A stretch of 57,909 nt of DNA, counting the filler, from Basidioascus undulatus (taxonomy: Eukaryota), in NCBI GenBank assembly GCA_000826855.1. It is 4 parts of 4 records of this genome, joined end to end, with 100 filler letters (N's around TTAATTAATTAA, not from the genome) between each part and the next. Parts side by side here need not be neighbours in the genome. Positions count along the whole stretch, not along the records: positions 17,367 to 49,237 come from JTLS01000137.1; positions 49,338 to 57,909 come from JTLS01001370.1; 2 more parts are not named here. One strand, given 5' to 3'. A program made the translations under genes and the position numbers. Of the stretch, positions 36,256 to 50,639 are shown in pieces. Within the stretch, counting starts at the first letter, position 1; the number at the start of each line of letters is the position of its first letter. The notes under the pieces are model-generated. The model ran no database searches and had not been told where the DNA came from. It worked only from the letters and a program-made list of their open reading frames with translations.

Positions 36256-37761
36256 TGCTGCGATGTTGAGGAGGTGCCTAAGTCCAAGGAAAGCGCGGGC
36301 AAGGCAAAAATGGGGGAGCAGGCGCAATCCGTTGAGCCCATTTCGGCATGAGGGCATTTCTTACACCCGATGGCCAACATGGTCTCGAAACACGATGCTC
36401 TTTCCCTTTTCACACTCTTGCCCCCTCATGATGATCAAGATCGAGCTATGGGGTTTTTACTAATAAAATGTAAACGCTTATAGTCATTGCCAAGGGAAAG
36501 AAGCCCGGCAATATCGACAGCGAGGAGAAGCAGTTCGGACACTCACCCAATGCCGCATGCTCGAACAATGCACTTGCAACGCCTTGGGCAGAACAGCGAC
36601 TCGAAAATGTTTCAGGAAGCCTGGATATTCTGAGTTAGGTCAACATGTAGCCAGGAAGGGTTCGCTGGTAATCAAGGCAGAGTGTTGCGCTCGAGATGAA
36701 GTCGCGCCTGCGACACTTGACATCCGTCAAGTTAGGTATCCGAGTTCACAGGCTTGAGAACTTAATGGGTTACTCATACGAGCATCAAATCATGCCTGCT
36801 GAGGCCTACTAGTACTGCGCCGGAAGAGACTCGAAAAATCTCCTAAACATGTGGACATCCCGTCTCCGCGAAGTGTTACCTAGATCGAGGTACCTTAGGA
36901 ACATGGTGATTGATACACTTTGGTCTGGGAGATTTTGCCATGAACGTGCGGTCAGATGTGCTTGAGGTGTTTGAACGTATGCTGGCAGTGGCATGGCCAG
37001 GAATCGGAGGCGGCCTTGATGGCGACAACGCTTAACCCATTCCCGCCGAACGACGCCCTGGATTTACCTGGCTGACTGAGGGAACCCTTGAGCTAAACTG
37101 AAAATAAAAACTGAGGACTTGAAGATGTTTGCACCTCCCAATGGCACGGACAAGAGTTCCAAGTGAAGCGTGTCGTGCCAGGACTTGCTTAAGGCTATCA
37201 AGCAAGCTGGTCTCGGCTGTGGGCCAAAAGTTCGTCGCACAACCATATTTTAGCAGAAGTACTTCTCTTGGAAATTTCAAGTTCACATCTTTCCACAGGC
37301 GGTGCTGTCCTGTTTTTGCTCCACGCTGCTTAGGCAGCTACCAGTGCTTCCAGAATCGGGATCGGTTTCGTTGCGCTCGTCCATCCTCCAAGCCTACCGT
37401 CCAGGCAGTCCTCCGTTTGAAAGTCTGTTGCGATATTCCTCTAAGCACTTCGTCAACGTTGTTCTAAGCCCGGAAATATTTCTCTCATTCTGCACCGCCT
37501 CACTTCACCAACTCCAGAAGCCCCTCACGTGATTGTGTTTTTAGTCTCAACGCCAGCTCAACCTACAAGCGCAACGGCCTGTGCGGCGTGCATCATGCGT
37601 CTGTAGAATTGGGACCAACGCATAGCGCGTCGGCTTGCAGCTGGATGATGATGGCTGACCCGGTCATTGAGCCTGCTGCCTCTTGCTCCTTCGCAACACC
37701 CCTTTGACCCCTTTCGCGCTTGTCCTCTCCTCCTCGTTACTGACACCTCTACGAATTCGCA

Positions 37762-38880
37762 ATGAACCTGAAGACTTTCAGCTTATTTCTCGCGGGTGCC
37801 GCTCTTCACGCCGGAGCGCAACGCTTGCCTGACCCCCAAAGCATTCCCGGCTGCGTGTCGAACTGCATTCAGCAATCGCTCCGCGAAGCGAGCTGCGCTG
37901 ACATGTCAGAACTCATCTCTCATATGACTCAAGAATAGTTCGTGCTGATTCTTAAATTTTACAGAGGCGATAAGAGCTGTCTCTGCTCGGACGCCTTTGC
38001 GTCTGCCGCCGAAGCGGTGCGGGTCGACGACTTCACGTATAACTCTCGACAATGCTTGCTCACTTTTTCTTTGTAGTGCACCCGGTCTTGCCCTTCCGAA
38101 GAGCAAGGGTACTATTCCAACCTTCACATGGTATGTTCGCCAACGCCGCGTTCTATCAGCCCCGACAGCTGCTTGTTTTGAACAACTTGACCATCTACAG
38201 CAAGTCTGCGGGCCGGACGTGTCGACCGTGAGCAGCTCCCTTTGGACATCGGCGTCAGCCTCATAAAAATCCACCTCTTCCTCAACCCAGACGGCCGGAC
38301 ACTCCTCAAGCTCCGACGCCAGCGCCTCGAGCAGTTCAACTGAGCCAACGTCCAGCGCCGCCTCGTCGTCTTTATCCGCCGCCATGGACTCTACCGCGAG
38401 CGCCACCGACTCCACCGAGAGCATGGTCATCGTAACAGTTACGCCGTCCGAGTCCTCGAGCTCCTCTGACTCCAGGTACGCACAGGTTTTCGCGTCGCTC
38501 TTCTCAGCCGAGTCCCGCTTCTGAGCAGAAACCATTACCCAACACGCAGCTCTACTACCTCCAGCACCGACGCCTCATCCGATTCTTCGAGCGACCAATC
38601 ACAATCTACCACTAGCGTCTCGACGGTGTTCGTCACGCAGCCGTCCGCCTCGCGCATGACTGTAACCCCGAATCAGCGGTCGAGCTACAACGTGCCGTCA
38701 AGGACACCTGTGAGTCCTCTCGTGTCGTGCTCCACCCGTACTGTATTGACTTTTACGACCTGCAATCTTAAGTCACCCTCAGGTTCGAGCAACGGCCCCG
38801 ACGGTGAGAACAGTGCAAGGACTGCTGCAGCATCGACGGCCCTGCTCGCTTGCGCTACGCTCGCTGCCGTTTTCCTTTGA
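37762..38880 (+). CDS. CFEM-domain, Ser/Thr-rich, GPI-type cell-surface protein with an in-frame TAA at 38264-38266 (truncated or pseudogene)
   Basis: Signal peptide MNLKTFSLFLAGAALHAGA. Eight Cys in CFEM spacing after splicing (IPGCVSNCIQQSLREASCADIGDKSCLCSDAFASAAEACTRSC...QVCG), then an S/T stalk and C-terminal AAASTALLACATLAAVFL*. Confidence 0.75.
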
Positions 38881-39571
38881 GCAATACGCGGATAGTTTGG
38901 AGGCACCGACGTCATGGGATGGACCCTTTTGGGATAGTTTTCTCATGATGTGCTTACGATATACCACACTTTGTAATGCACAAGCGATAATCTCGTTGAC
39001 GAGGTCGCATCAGGCCCTGTGTGACCCTGCGGAGCGAGCTGCGAGCCCGCTGTGTTCTTTCCTTAGGACGGCGGCGCTCAGCGATTGCCGGTCCATACAA
39101 GTTTACACCCCAGACCAAACCCACTAGAAGATGGCAGGACGAGGTCAGCATCGAACGGTACTATGCTCAACCCCATCGCAAGGTACGCAGGGTTCCTGGG
39201 GGTCGTAACGGGTCGTGATGCATGCCGAAGCAAGGAAACGATAACACAAAGTGTACAATGCAAGGAGAATCGAAGCGAGAAGCGAGTCCGGCGAAGATAT
39301 ACACAAAGTCCATGCGAGATCGTCAAGGGGTCGTGGCGGGGGGCGTTGCAAGAGGGGGGAATGGATTCGCAGCGAGTGGAGGGGCAAGCAAGGATTCGTG
39401 TGTCGATGTCATAATGAGATGCGAGAGTGTAAGATGCGAGGATGGAGATAGGGATGGTGATGGTCGAGAATTAAAGGGTATGCGGAAGCAAAGGAAGATG
39501 CGCCAAGCTGGGCGAGGGCGGGTGAACGAAGAGGTGTAGGAGGATGGGGAGAGAGGGCGGTCGGGGACGGC

Positions 39572-42279
<2,708 letters not shown>

Positions 42280-43790
42280 GATGATCGGAAGAGGGGTGCA
42301 CTTGCGAGGAGAGAGAGGGACCGAAATAGGTCTGGGAGGCAGCATTATGAGCTTCGCGGGTGATGATGGTGGGTGGACAGGATGAGACGAGACGAACAGT
42401 GCCTGAGGTGCAGTGTGCGCTTTCCCTCCCCTTCGACGGCCAGTCACGGGCGGGTGCAGATGGAGCTCGTCGAAGTTGGTCGAGCGGGCTGGCTGGCTGA
42501 CTCGGTCTGAAACTGATCAAGGATCGATCGGTTGCCGCCTCTTGCTTGGGCGTACAACGACGGTAGCGACGAGGGCGCTGGAAACGACGAAGAAGGAGGT
42601 GGTGATGGTGAGGAGCCAGGGGACGTTGTGGGCAATCCTGGCGCGATGGGGCCAGCGAGCAAGTTGGAAGGATAGGGGCAGCGGTGTCTTACTGTTCCGG
42701 CCGGCCGCTCCCGCACGCGAGCTGACGCGTCGCCCGTCCTGACTTGCTTTTGACTTTCGCCCTTAATGATTCGAGGCCATACCCTGGCAGTGCTGCCTTT
42801 CTCTATTCCTTTTGCATTTCTGATCTCAAGGAAGCGAAGAGATGACCCTCTGGTCTTCGCCAAAAGTCAACATTATCCCCGGCGGCAGCCCACTGAACCC
42901 CCTATACGCACGCGGCCTCTCGAGAGGCCCGTTCAGACTCGTCTCAGCAACGCCTCTTCCCCCTCGCTAACTTTTGACGGTGCCTGCGTGTATGGACTGG
43001 ACCATTGCAAGCGCAACTTAAGCGCAGTTTACGCCTCTGAATGTCAGCGATCACTGACCGTGATCTCTATAGGCTGTGTGATATCAAGGCAGCCCACGGC
43101 GTGCGCCAGCAGCCGGCATCGCGAAGCCGCGTACGGCCAGCGACCCAGCACGCTCAAGGTACTTCTTCTAGTGAAATGAAAGAAGTGGCAAGTCTGAGAG
43201 CTGCATTAAAGTCAGTTTCGGGGGCACACTGAAGAGCTGAATGGCTAACGACTTCGTGTGGAGTGGTAACGCAGCCGGCCTGCCTGCAAAAGTGAAAATG
43301 TGAACTGCGGACTCCTTCCCAAATTTGTCATCCGGGGATACCTGACTCCAATGGTCATCGAATCCTAAGATAAGTGCTATTACTTCTCTCAGAGAAACAC
43401 GCTCTTGAAGAGATCAAAGAGCAGAGCATTGGGGCCATGGGCGGGCACGATCAAGCCGCGGTTGTGCTGCGTGTTGCGTGCAAGTCCCCGTCTATAAGTT
43501 GTCAAGATCATTCAGGAAACACTTAGACGGCCTGACAGAGCAGACAAGAGCGAGACTTGTGGGTGCTTCTAACGGCAAGCACGTCAAGAGCACTTGGAGT
43601 AGTACGAATGTAACGCAGCGAACACTTATGCCCGAACATGTGTTTCAGATATTATCACATTCAAACGTACTTGACTGGATCCGCCTTTTGGGACTTCCAC
43701 AAGGTAGAATAAACTAGCTCGGCCAGAGGAGGGAAAGAAGCACGCCGAAGTGCGCAGTGGCCATGCCGGTGGCATTTTCTTCGCGTTCAG

Positions 43791-45450
43791 TTATCCTGCG
43801 CCCATGAGTGATAACTGTGAGCGATACAGGCGAGCGTTACGTTTCTTCAAAGCATAGAGCGGGTCAATACTCACGGACTGGCTCCCATTGCGGCCATTGT
43901 CGCCATCTTTCTTGTCGTCCTTCTTGTCATCTTTCTTTTTCTTGTCATCGTCCTTCTTCTTATCCTCGTCCTTTTTCTTCTTTTCGTCCTTCTTCTTGTC
44001 ATCATCCTTGTACATATGAGGTCAGCGACGCTCCAGACTCTGGGATGGTGGAAGCGCAGCATCACACCTTCTTCTCATCCTTCTTCTTGTCGTCCTTCTT
44101 GTCGTCCTTCTTGTCGTCCTTCTTGTCGTCCTTCTTGTCGTCCTTCTTGTCATCCTTCTTGTCATCCTTCTTGTCATCCTTCTTCCCATTGCTGTTCCCG
44201 CTGTTGCTCGAACCACTCTACCATAGTTTAGGGAGTGTCAGATGATGGTCCCAGTAGGCCAGGCGGCTACAGATGAGTATCTGAGGGTGCACGCACCGAC
44301 TGGCTCCCTCCGTTGTTACCGCTCTGTAATGTCTGACTGTCAGCGCTCTGCCATTCCAAGCAGCAGCAGATGAGGGAGGGAGAGCTGGAAATTGACGTAC
44401 ATTCTGGCGCTTGTTGTTACGGCTGCTGTTGCCTCCCTACAGTCACAAAGAGCTCCGTAAGATTTCCGACATTGGGTCAAGATGGTTTGATGAAGGAGAG
44501 TACCCACGGAGCGGTTGCCATTGTCATTGCCGCTGTTGACGACGCTATTGCGATCGTTGCCGTCATTGTTGCCAGAGCTCCCCTTCTTATCATCGTCCTT
44601 CTTCTTGTCGTCTTTCTTGTCATCCTTCTTGTCATCCTTCTTTCTGTCGTCGTTGCGGCCCCTGTTGCCGCTGTTTCCGCTGCCACTGTTACCGCCGTTG
44701 TCGTCGCCCTGCAGGATGAAGACTCGCTTGAGCGCTCAAGTGCCTGGATCCCGGGATAAAGAGGAGTTTGACGCATGAAGGTACTCACAGAGCGGTTGCC
44801 ATTGTCTCCACCGTTGCGGCCGTTACCGTTGCGGTCGCTGTTGTTGCCGCCATCCTCCCTACCACGGCTCTCACGCCCACCATCGTTGCGGCCGCTGTCG
44901 TTGCGACCACCGTTGCGACCACCACCGTTGCGACCACCGTCGCTGTCGTCGCGTCCACCGTCGCCGTTGCGGCCATTGTCACCATCCTCCCTACGGTCAT
45001 CCTTCTTCACCTCCTAGTCGCGAACAGGATTCAGTCGAATGGCAAGCAGGGTGGGCTACGAACGCCACAGCACTCACCTTCTTGTGCTCCTTCTTCTTCA
45101 CCTCCTGAATGTAACGGTACAACGTCAGACACCATTGTCGCGGTTCAATTTCAATGAAAAGACTCGACACCGACCTTCTTCTTGTGTTCCTCCGGCTTCT
45201 TATAGTAAACCTTCTTCGGCTTCTTGTGCTCCTCATGCTTCTGTCCCCCCAAACCCAAATCAATAAGAGTTCCCTGCTAGCTCTCCCGACCTGCTCGCAA
45301 GCCCACCTTCTTTTCATCGCCCTTCCAGTAGCGCTTGCTCAAGTCCCCCGCATCGCGACGGCTCATCATGTTGGAGCCGGAGACTTGCACAGCGGCAGCC
45401 ATGGCGGTGGCGGAGAAGGCAATGATAGCGAAGAGGGAGGTGGTGCGCAT
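43791..45450 (-). CDS. Secreted Lys/Asp- and Gly/Asn/Arg-repeat protein, ~10 short exons; last exon uncertain
   Basis: Signal peptide MRTTSLFAIIAFSATAMAAAV and dibasic sites (SRR, SKR). Phase-0 exons alternate KKDD tracts with GRNGG/DNGNRS tracts. Confidence 0.7.
44087..44183. repeat. 12-bp coding tandem repeat (TTGTCRTCCTTC) x8, encoding (KKDD)n on the minus strand
   Basis: Five TTGTCGTCCTTC units followed by three TTGTCATCCTTC units. Confidence 0.9.
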
Positions 45451-47145
45451 TTTGGATTTTCGTGAGAGGGAGGTGTGAACTAGGTAAGTGAGTGAAGAGC
45501 TGTTGAAAGGCGAATGAGTGAGGACTGCCATTCGGTTCGGCGGCTGCTCTTTTAACTGGAAGGGACACCTCCCGGCGCAGCAGACTACAGCAAGCGGTCT
45601 GTCCCGCTTGAAGAACTACAGGGCGCTGGGCTATTCCGCAGTGAAAAGCAAGCGTGTTTCAGCTGCGAAAAGGCTTCGTCGCATCGGGAGACTTCACCAC
45701 CCCTTCCCGCTCCATACTTCCCTGCGACTGTGTCGCCCGCTAACTCTTGTCAGGCAATTCCACTTCCTTCAATTAGGGAAATATGACGTACAAACAAGTC
45801 CGAAGGGAGTGGGGGCGATTATCGTCAATGGCGGGGATCTTCACTTCCCCCATCTACTCACCCCGACCTGCCCAAATATATCGACTCCGAGACCAAGATG
45901 AGGCGAGAGCGCTTCAAGTACCCAAATACTCGTGGACGATTGGAATAGAATGAGATGCGTCCACATATTCAGAGGCAGAAAGCATCATAGGACGACTAGA
46001 GGCTGTGTGCACCGGAGGCGCTTTTGCCAGTGGAACCGCGTGCGGACCGAACTTCCGCTTCCCTCAGCGCCAGCGACCGCGGGACCGCTCTGAGTCATAC
46101 TCATAAGGAAAGCACCGCCCCCAGCGAAAGGGAGGGTGCTATGGGTGCATGATCGATGGCGAGCAGGGCGCCCGACCCTAGCGAGGCTCGCTCGCAGCAG
46201 CAAACTGGCGTCGCTGGCTGTTTGAACCTTGTCAGGACCGAGGGGTACTTTGAACATGTGTGTTACACATTCCTGCGAGAGGTCTACAGACTTGATTGGC
46301 GAGGATGAGCGCATCCATGCCTTCCCGCACGCTCCCAAGCAGCTCGCGCACAACCCACGCCTCTTTCGTTAGCGCCCCTCCTCCCGCCGACTCGTCCACT
46401 CCAATTCGGCACCGCGCCAGCCTTGCCTCAGACAGGATCTTCCGGGCCGCCGACCGATAGGTCCGTAGACCCCAAATGTCCGGCGGCAGAACGCCCAGCC
46501 GCTTCGCGCGGTGAAGGGTGGGTCCAGTAACCTTCGTAAGTATGAGGGTTCGGAAAGGCGTACTCAGCAATTTTGGAGTTTCCTGTAAGTACACTACCTT
46601 GGCTTGCCCGCCCAGGAGGCGAGGGAACACAGAATGAGAGCGCGGCGTGCGGCGTGTCGGTCGGCCTGACGGAACAGCATGATAGCTTGCGAATTGGTGA
46701 ATGAGGAACCAACGTGAGAAGGGAGAAAAGATCGGGAATTGGGGGGTATATGGGTACCGGACGCCGGACCATCGATGTGGAAGGGTGAATGCCTGTGCGA
46801 GTGAGGGAGGAGCTCCGCGGGGGTTGGAGACAGAGCTCCATGTGAGAGGCACGAATGACGGACAATGGTGAGGCGCCATGACCGATGAGCGGCGAGCGCA
46901 GAAGAATGTCAGGTTGACGAAGATCGAATGAAGGAAGGGGAGGATGAGAGGAGGCTGGTGAGCTTGAGGCCGTGCGAAAGCGAATGTGCGCTTGTTTGAT
47001 TGAAGCTCGAAACGGAGGACGCCGGCATCCCAACACCGGGAATGAGAGGTTTCCAGCCTCCTTCCATCCCATCCTCAGTCCCACCCCAACCGTCCGCCCC
47101 TCCGCCCCACTCAATACGCCAGTAAACCCCAGTGCATGCGGCCCT

Positions 47146-47590
47146 CTAGCTCGTGCCCTCCTTCCCCACAAACAGCTCCCGCAGCTCCTTATCGTCCTCC
47201 TCGTCAAACGCGCTCACCAGCCCGGGGTCTGCGCGGATGACGATGCGCCTATGGGGTGTGGCGGCGGGGCGATCCGGGGTCTGGTTCAGCCGAGTGTGAG
47301 TAACCTCACGGGGGTGTGCTGGGCTGGAAGGAAGAGGGGGCGCACGCGAAGGGAGGTCGAGGTTGGGCGGAGACGGAGGGAGGCTGTAGGGCGGGTGGGT
47401 GAGCGTGTCGAGCGTGATGAAAATGAAGAGGTTGAAGGAGAGAGCGGAGAGAGGACGTACAAGGCGTACTCCAAACAGCGTCCACCCCCGCCGGTGCCTT
47501 CTCGCCCTCGCCCTGCACTGTCCCTTCGCTCGGCGTAGCGCTGCCAACGGGCGTGGCGGTGCGGGATTTGGGGGTCGAGGGGGCGCTCAT
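47146..47590 (-). CDS. Small (~100 aa) Ser/Pro-rich hypothetical protein, probably 3 exons
   Basis: MSAPSTPKSRTATP...VDAVW/...YSLPPSPPNLDLP/...PHRRIVIRADPGLVSAFDEEDDKELRELFVGKEGTS*, with plausible GT-AG introns. Confidence 0.55.
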
Positions 47591-47809
47591 CGGTAGATCG
47601 GGGTAAGAAGATAAAGAGTCAAGAGGGCGGGCAAAGGGCGAGCGCGCGTCGGCGACGCGAACTTGCGCTTGTCAGGCTGAGGGCGTCACCGCTTATCGCT
47701 CGCTGTGCCTTCGTGCTCTTCCTTATCCGCCGCGACCAACACCTCGCACAGTCCATATTCAGATCGATTATCAAAGAATCTCAAACCAAACATCGATGGA
47801 ATAAGCCCC

Positions 47810-48831
47810 ATGTCCGTCCCCACCGACACGCCCGAGCCGGACCCGGCCACAGTGCGCAAGGACGCCCTCATCCTCGTCGATATCCAGGTACCCTACCCCC
47901 CCTCTCTCCCTCCCTGCTCATCCTTCTTTCCTAAACTTCTTTTCCTGACTTTCGTACGAGTAGTACGACTTCCTCCCTGGAGGGTCCCTCGCCGTACCAG
48001 AAGGGGATGCGATCCTCCCCGGTCCGTCTCACCCCCCTTCTTCCCTCTCCCTCCTTCCCTTCCCCCCTCACCCACCGCACCGCATCCCACAGTCATGCAC
48101 CGCCTCCTAAACGAGGGCAAATGGGCCCTGATCGTCGTTTCTCAAGTGCGTCCGCCCCACCCACCTCTCTCCATCCCCGCTCCTCTTGACGAACCGCGCG
48201 TGCGTGCGTTGCGTGCCCGCAGGACTTCCACCCGCCCAACCACATCTCCTTCGCGTCGCGGCACGGCCAGCCGGCGTTCACGTCCATCCGCGTTCCGGAC
48301 GAGGCGGGCGGCGGTGGGGGGGAGAAGGAGCAGGAGCTGTGGCCTGACCACTGTGTGCAGGGGACGAAAGTGGGTTTTTCTTCCCGCTGCCCCTCCCTCA
48401 CCCTTCCTCTGACTAACTCCCCCTCTCTCCAGGGCGCCGAGATTGAGTCAAGCGTATCAGACGCCTTGAAGCGGCTGTCCACTCCCGTTATTCACATCCA
48501 AAAAGGCCTCAACCCGAACCAAGACGCCTACTCGTCCTTCCAGTCTCCCTCGCACCCGCTCCTCCCCGCCCTCCAGCACCGCTCCATAACGCACCTCACC
48601 CTCGCGGGACTCGCCGCAGACTTCTGCGTGCGCGCCACGGCGCGCGATGCAGCGCTCGCGGCGGCGTTTGAGCGGGTGTGGGTTGTGCGGGAGGGTACGA
48701 GGGCGGTGGCGGGCGGGGGGGAGTGGGAAAAGGTTGTGACGGGCGAGTTGGAGGGCGTGGGGGGAGTTAGGGGCATGGAGGAGGTGCTGCGGGAGGTCCG
48801 GGGGAAGGAGAGGGCAGGGGGGGAAGCGTAG
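47810..48831 (+). CDS. PNC1: Nicotinamidase/pyrazinamidase (isochorismatase family), 5 exons
   Basis: ALILVDIQ/YDFLPGGSLAVPEGDAIL/...VSQ/DFHPPNHISFAS...LWPDHCVQGTK/GAEI...IQKG...DAYSSF...GLAADFCVRATARDA. Asp-Lys-Cys triad and metal-binding D/H residues present. Confidence 0.93.
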
Positions 48832-49237
48832 TTGGGGGTGTGAAAGGGATGCACGTTGCGATGACCCGTACATGCATTTTTCCGTCCACGACGAGTCCCG
48901 CAACTTGCCTTGCATCGAACCATCAACTTGATCAAAGCGATGGGCTAGGAAAGCATGTGCACACCCCTGGGCCCGCAATCCGTCTCGGTCTTCCTTGACA
49001 GAAGCTCGAGCGCTATTCCGAAGCGTAAATCACCAACCACAAACAAAGCTGTGTATGCATGTGCTCGATCTGTAAGGAGTTGGACGTTGAATGCGTGCTC
49101 TCGAGGTCGAAGCATCCCCGCTGGCTAGTCGACCTACTCGACCGAAGCCGGCCTCAAACACGATAGACCCCAACCGACCGAGTGTGGGCACTCGGTCGCA
49201 AGATAGTATAACGCTGCATGAACGAATAAGATACCTA

Positions 49238-49337
49238 NNNNNNNNNNNNNNNNNNNNNNNNNNNNNNNNNNNNNNNNNNNNTTAATTAATTAANNNNNNN
49301 NNNNNNNNNNNNNNNNNNNNNNNNNNNNNNNNNNNNN
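49238..49337. other. Artificial contig-joining linker
   Basis: N44-TTAATTAATTAA-N44; truncates the 5' LTR. Confidence 0.97.
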
Positions 49338-49428
49338 TCCAACCTTACTCGTCTCGTAATCAACCATTGCCCCCACAAGCCCCGGGTAGCCCCCGTTGCG
49401 GTCTGCTTCGCTCTGCCGGATCCTGACA
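49338..49428 (+). repeat. 5' LTR (3' 91 nt only)
   Basis: Identical to 54882-54972; ends in TGACA. Confidence 0.95.
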
Positions 49429-49429
49429 A

Positions 49430-49439
49430 AAGACCAGAT
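49430..49439 (+). other. Non-tRNA primer-binding site (self-priming type)
   Basis: AAGACCAGAT lies 1 nt after the LTR end and lacks the TGG of tRNA PBSs. It is the exact reverse complement of LTR sequence ATCTGGTCTT (54839-54848). Confidence 0.8.
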
Positions 49440-49475
49440 CAACCTACCGCCCCGGGCTACCGCTCGTACCCTGCC

Positions 49476-50624
49476 ATGTCCCCGTCAACTATCGACCCTA
49501 TCGCTTCGGAACACCAGCCCACCCCCCCTGCCAACGACCTTCCGGACATCATGCAGATGATCAGCAGTCTCCATACTCAGCTTCAGGAGCTCACCGTCCG
49601 GGACCAGCACCGGCAGGACGCAGTCACCCAGCTGGCTGCACAGAACCGTGACCTCCTCGCCACTATCCATCGGCTCCAGTCACCCTCGTCCACTCCGACC
49701 CACGCCCCAGCCATGGCCCCAGCCACAGCCCCTATTACCCTCGAGAACCGCTCCTTGGGTCCTCCCATGTCCGCCGTCAAGCTCAACAACCCTCCCGAAT
49801 TCGATGGGAAGGACAAGAGGACTGCCAACACCTTCCTCACACACCTCCAGCTCCACTTCCTCGCCTCGCCGCACCTCTTCCCAGACGACCGCTCCAAGGT
49901 TCTCTTCGCTGCCACCTACCTCCGGGGCTCCGCTTTCGCATGGTTCGAGCCTCACCTCCTAAGGGACGAGGACCCCCTCGTTTGGTCCTGGCCAGCCTTC
50001 CAGGAGGCATTCCTCCGGTCCCTCGGCGACCCCGACCGCGAACGCACTGTCACTCGCGAGCTCCAGACCCTCACCCAGACTAGTTCCGCCGCCACCTATG
50101 CTGCCGAGTTCTTCCGGCTCTCCGCGTTCCTCGAGTGGAACGACCGGGCCCTCCAGGCTCAGTTCTATTCCGGACTCAAGCCGAATGTCAAGGATGCCCT
50201 TGCGCTCTCGGACAAGACATTCGGAACAGTTCAGGCGCTATCCGATTTCGCCATCCGTCTCGACAACAGGCTCTTCGAGCGTCGCAAGGAATCCCAGAAG
50301 GGCCCCTCTCCGATGCAACACAACCTCCGCTCTCCGATGGCCCCACGTACCGCTGCCACTGCCCCCTCCGGCCCAACGCCCATGGACCTCGATGCCAATC
50401 GCCCGCGTTTCCAGTCGCTCTCCCCCGAGGAACGCCAACACCGCATCCACAACGGGCTATGCCTCTACTGCGGACAGAGAGGGCACGTCGCTCGCACCTG
50501 CCCCAACCGCCCCCCTCGTCTCGGATCCCGCATCACCGGGCCCCTACAAGCTGCATCGACTGCCGTAGCCCCGGACGAGCAGGGAAAAGCTCAGGCTCAA
50601 GCCCCAGAAGGCACTGCGGCTTGA
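49476..50624 (+). CDS. gag: Gag (retrotransposon capsid + CCHC zinc knuckle)
   Basis: [52 protein letters not shown]. Confidence 0.95.
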   Translation: MSPSTIDPIASEHQPTPPANDLPDIMQMISSLHTQLQELTVRDQHRQDAVTQLAAQNRDLLATIHRLQSPSSTPTHAPAMAPATAPITLENRSLGPPMSAVKLNNPPEFDGKDKRTANTFLTHLQLHFLASPHLFPDDRSKVLFAATYLRGSAFAWFEPHLLRDEDPLVWSWPAFQEAFLRSLGDPDRERTVTRELQTLTQTSSAATYAAEFFRLSAFLEWNDRALQAQFYSGLKPNVKDALALSDKTFGTVQALSDFAIRLDNRLFERRKESQKGPSPMQHNLRSPMAPRTAATAPSGPTPMDLDANRPRFQSLSPEERQHRIHNGLCLYCGQRGHVARTCPNRPPRLGSRITGPLQAASTAVAPDEQGKAQAQAPEGTAA

Positions 50625-50639
50625 GCTTGCCCAGGTGCC
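50582..50639 (+). promoter_or_regulatory. -1 programmed ribosomal frameshift signal
   Basis: G GGA AAA heptamer in the gag frame, 6-nt spacer, stem GCTCAAGCC(50595-50603)/GGCTTGAGC(50618-50626), and loop GGCAC(50610-50614) complementary to GTGCC(50635-50639). Confidence 0.8.

Noticed and set aside
36809..37470. Fragments such as LVRAIGRCKHLQVLSF suggesting a sixth F-box/LRR relic
   Set aside because: No F-box motif found; evidence too weak.
37906..38535. 209-aa acidic antisense ORF
   Set aside because: Shadow of the Ser/Thr-rich CFEM stalk. Similar antisense shadows occur over LIN1, AKR1, the coiled-coil gene and pol.
44087..44183. Regular short repeats resembling a CRISPR or satellite array
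   Set aside because: No spacers; a coding 12-bp repeat for KKDD in a eukaryotic gene.
46232..46879. 215-aa minus-strand ORF with a protein-like middle (VVYLQETPKLL...GMDALILA)
   Set aside because: Could be a real or relic gene, but no family was recognised and no gene model could be built.
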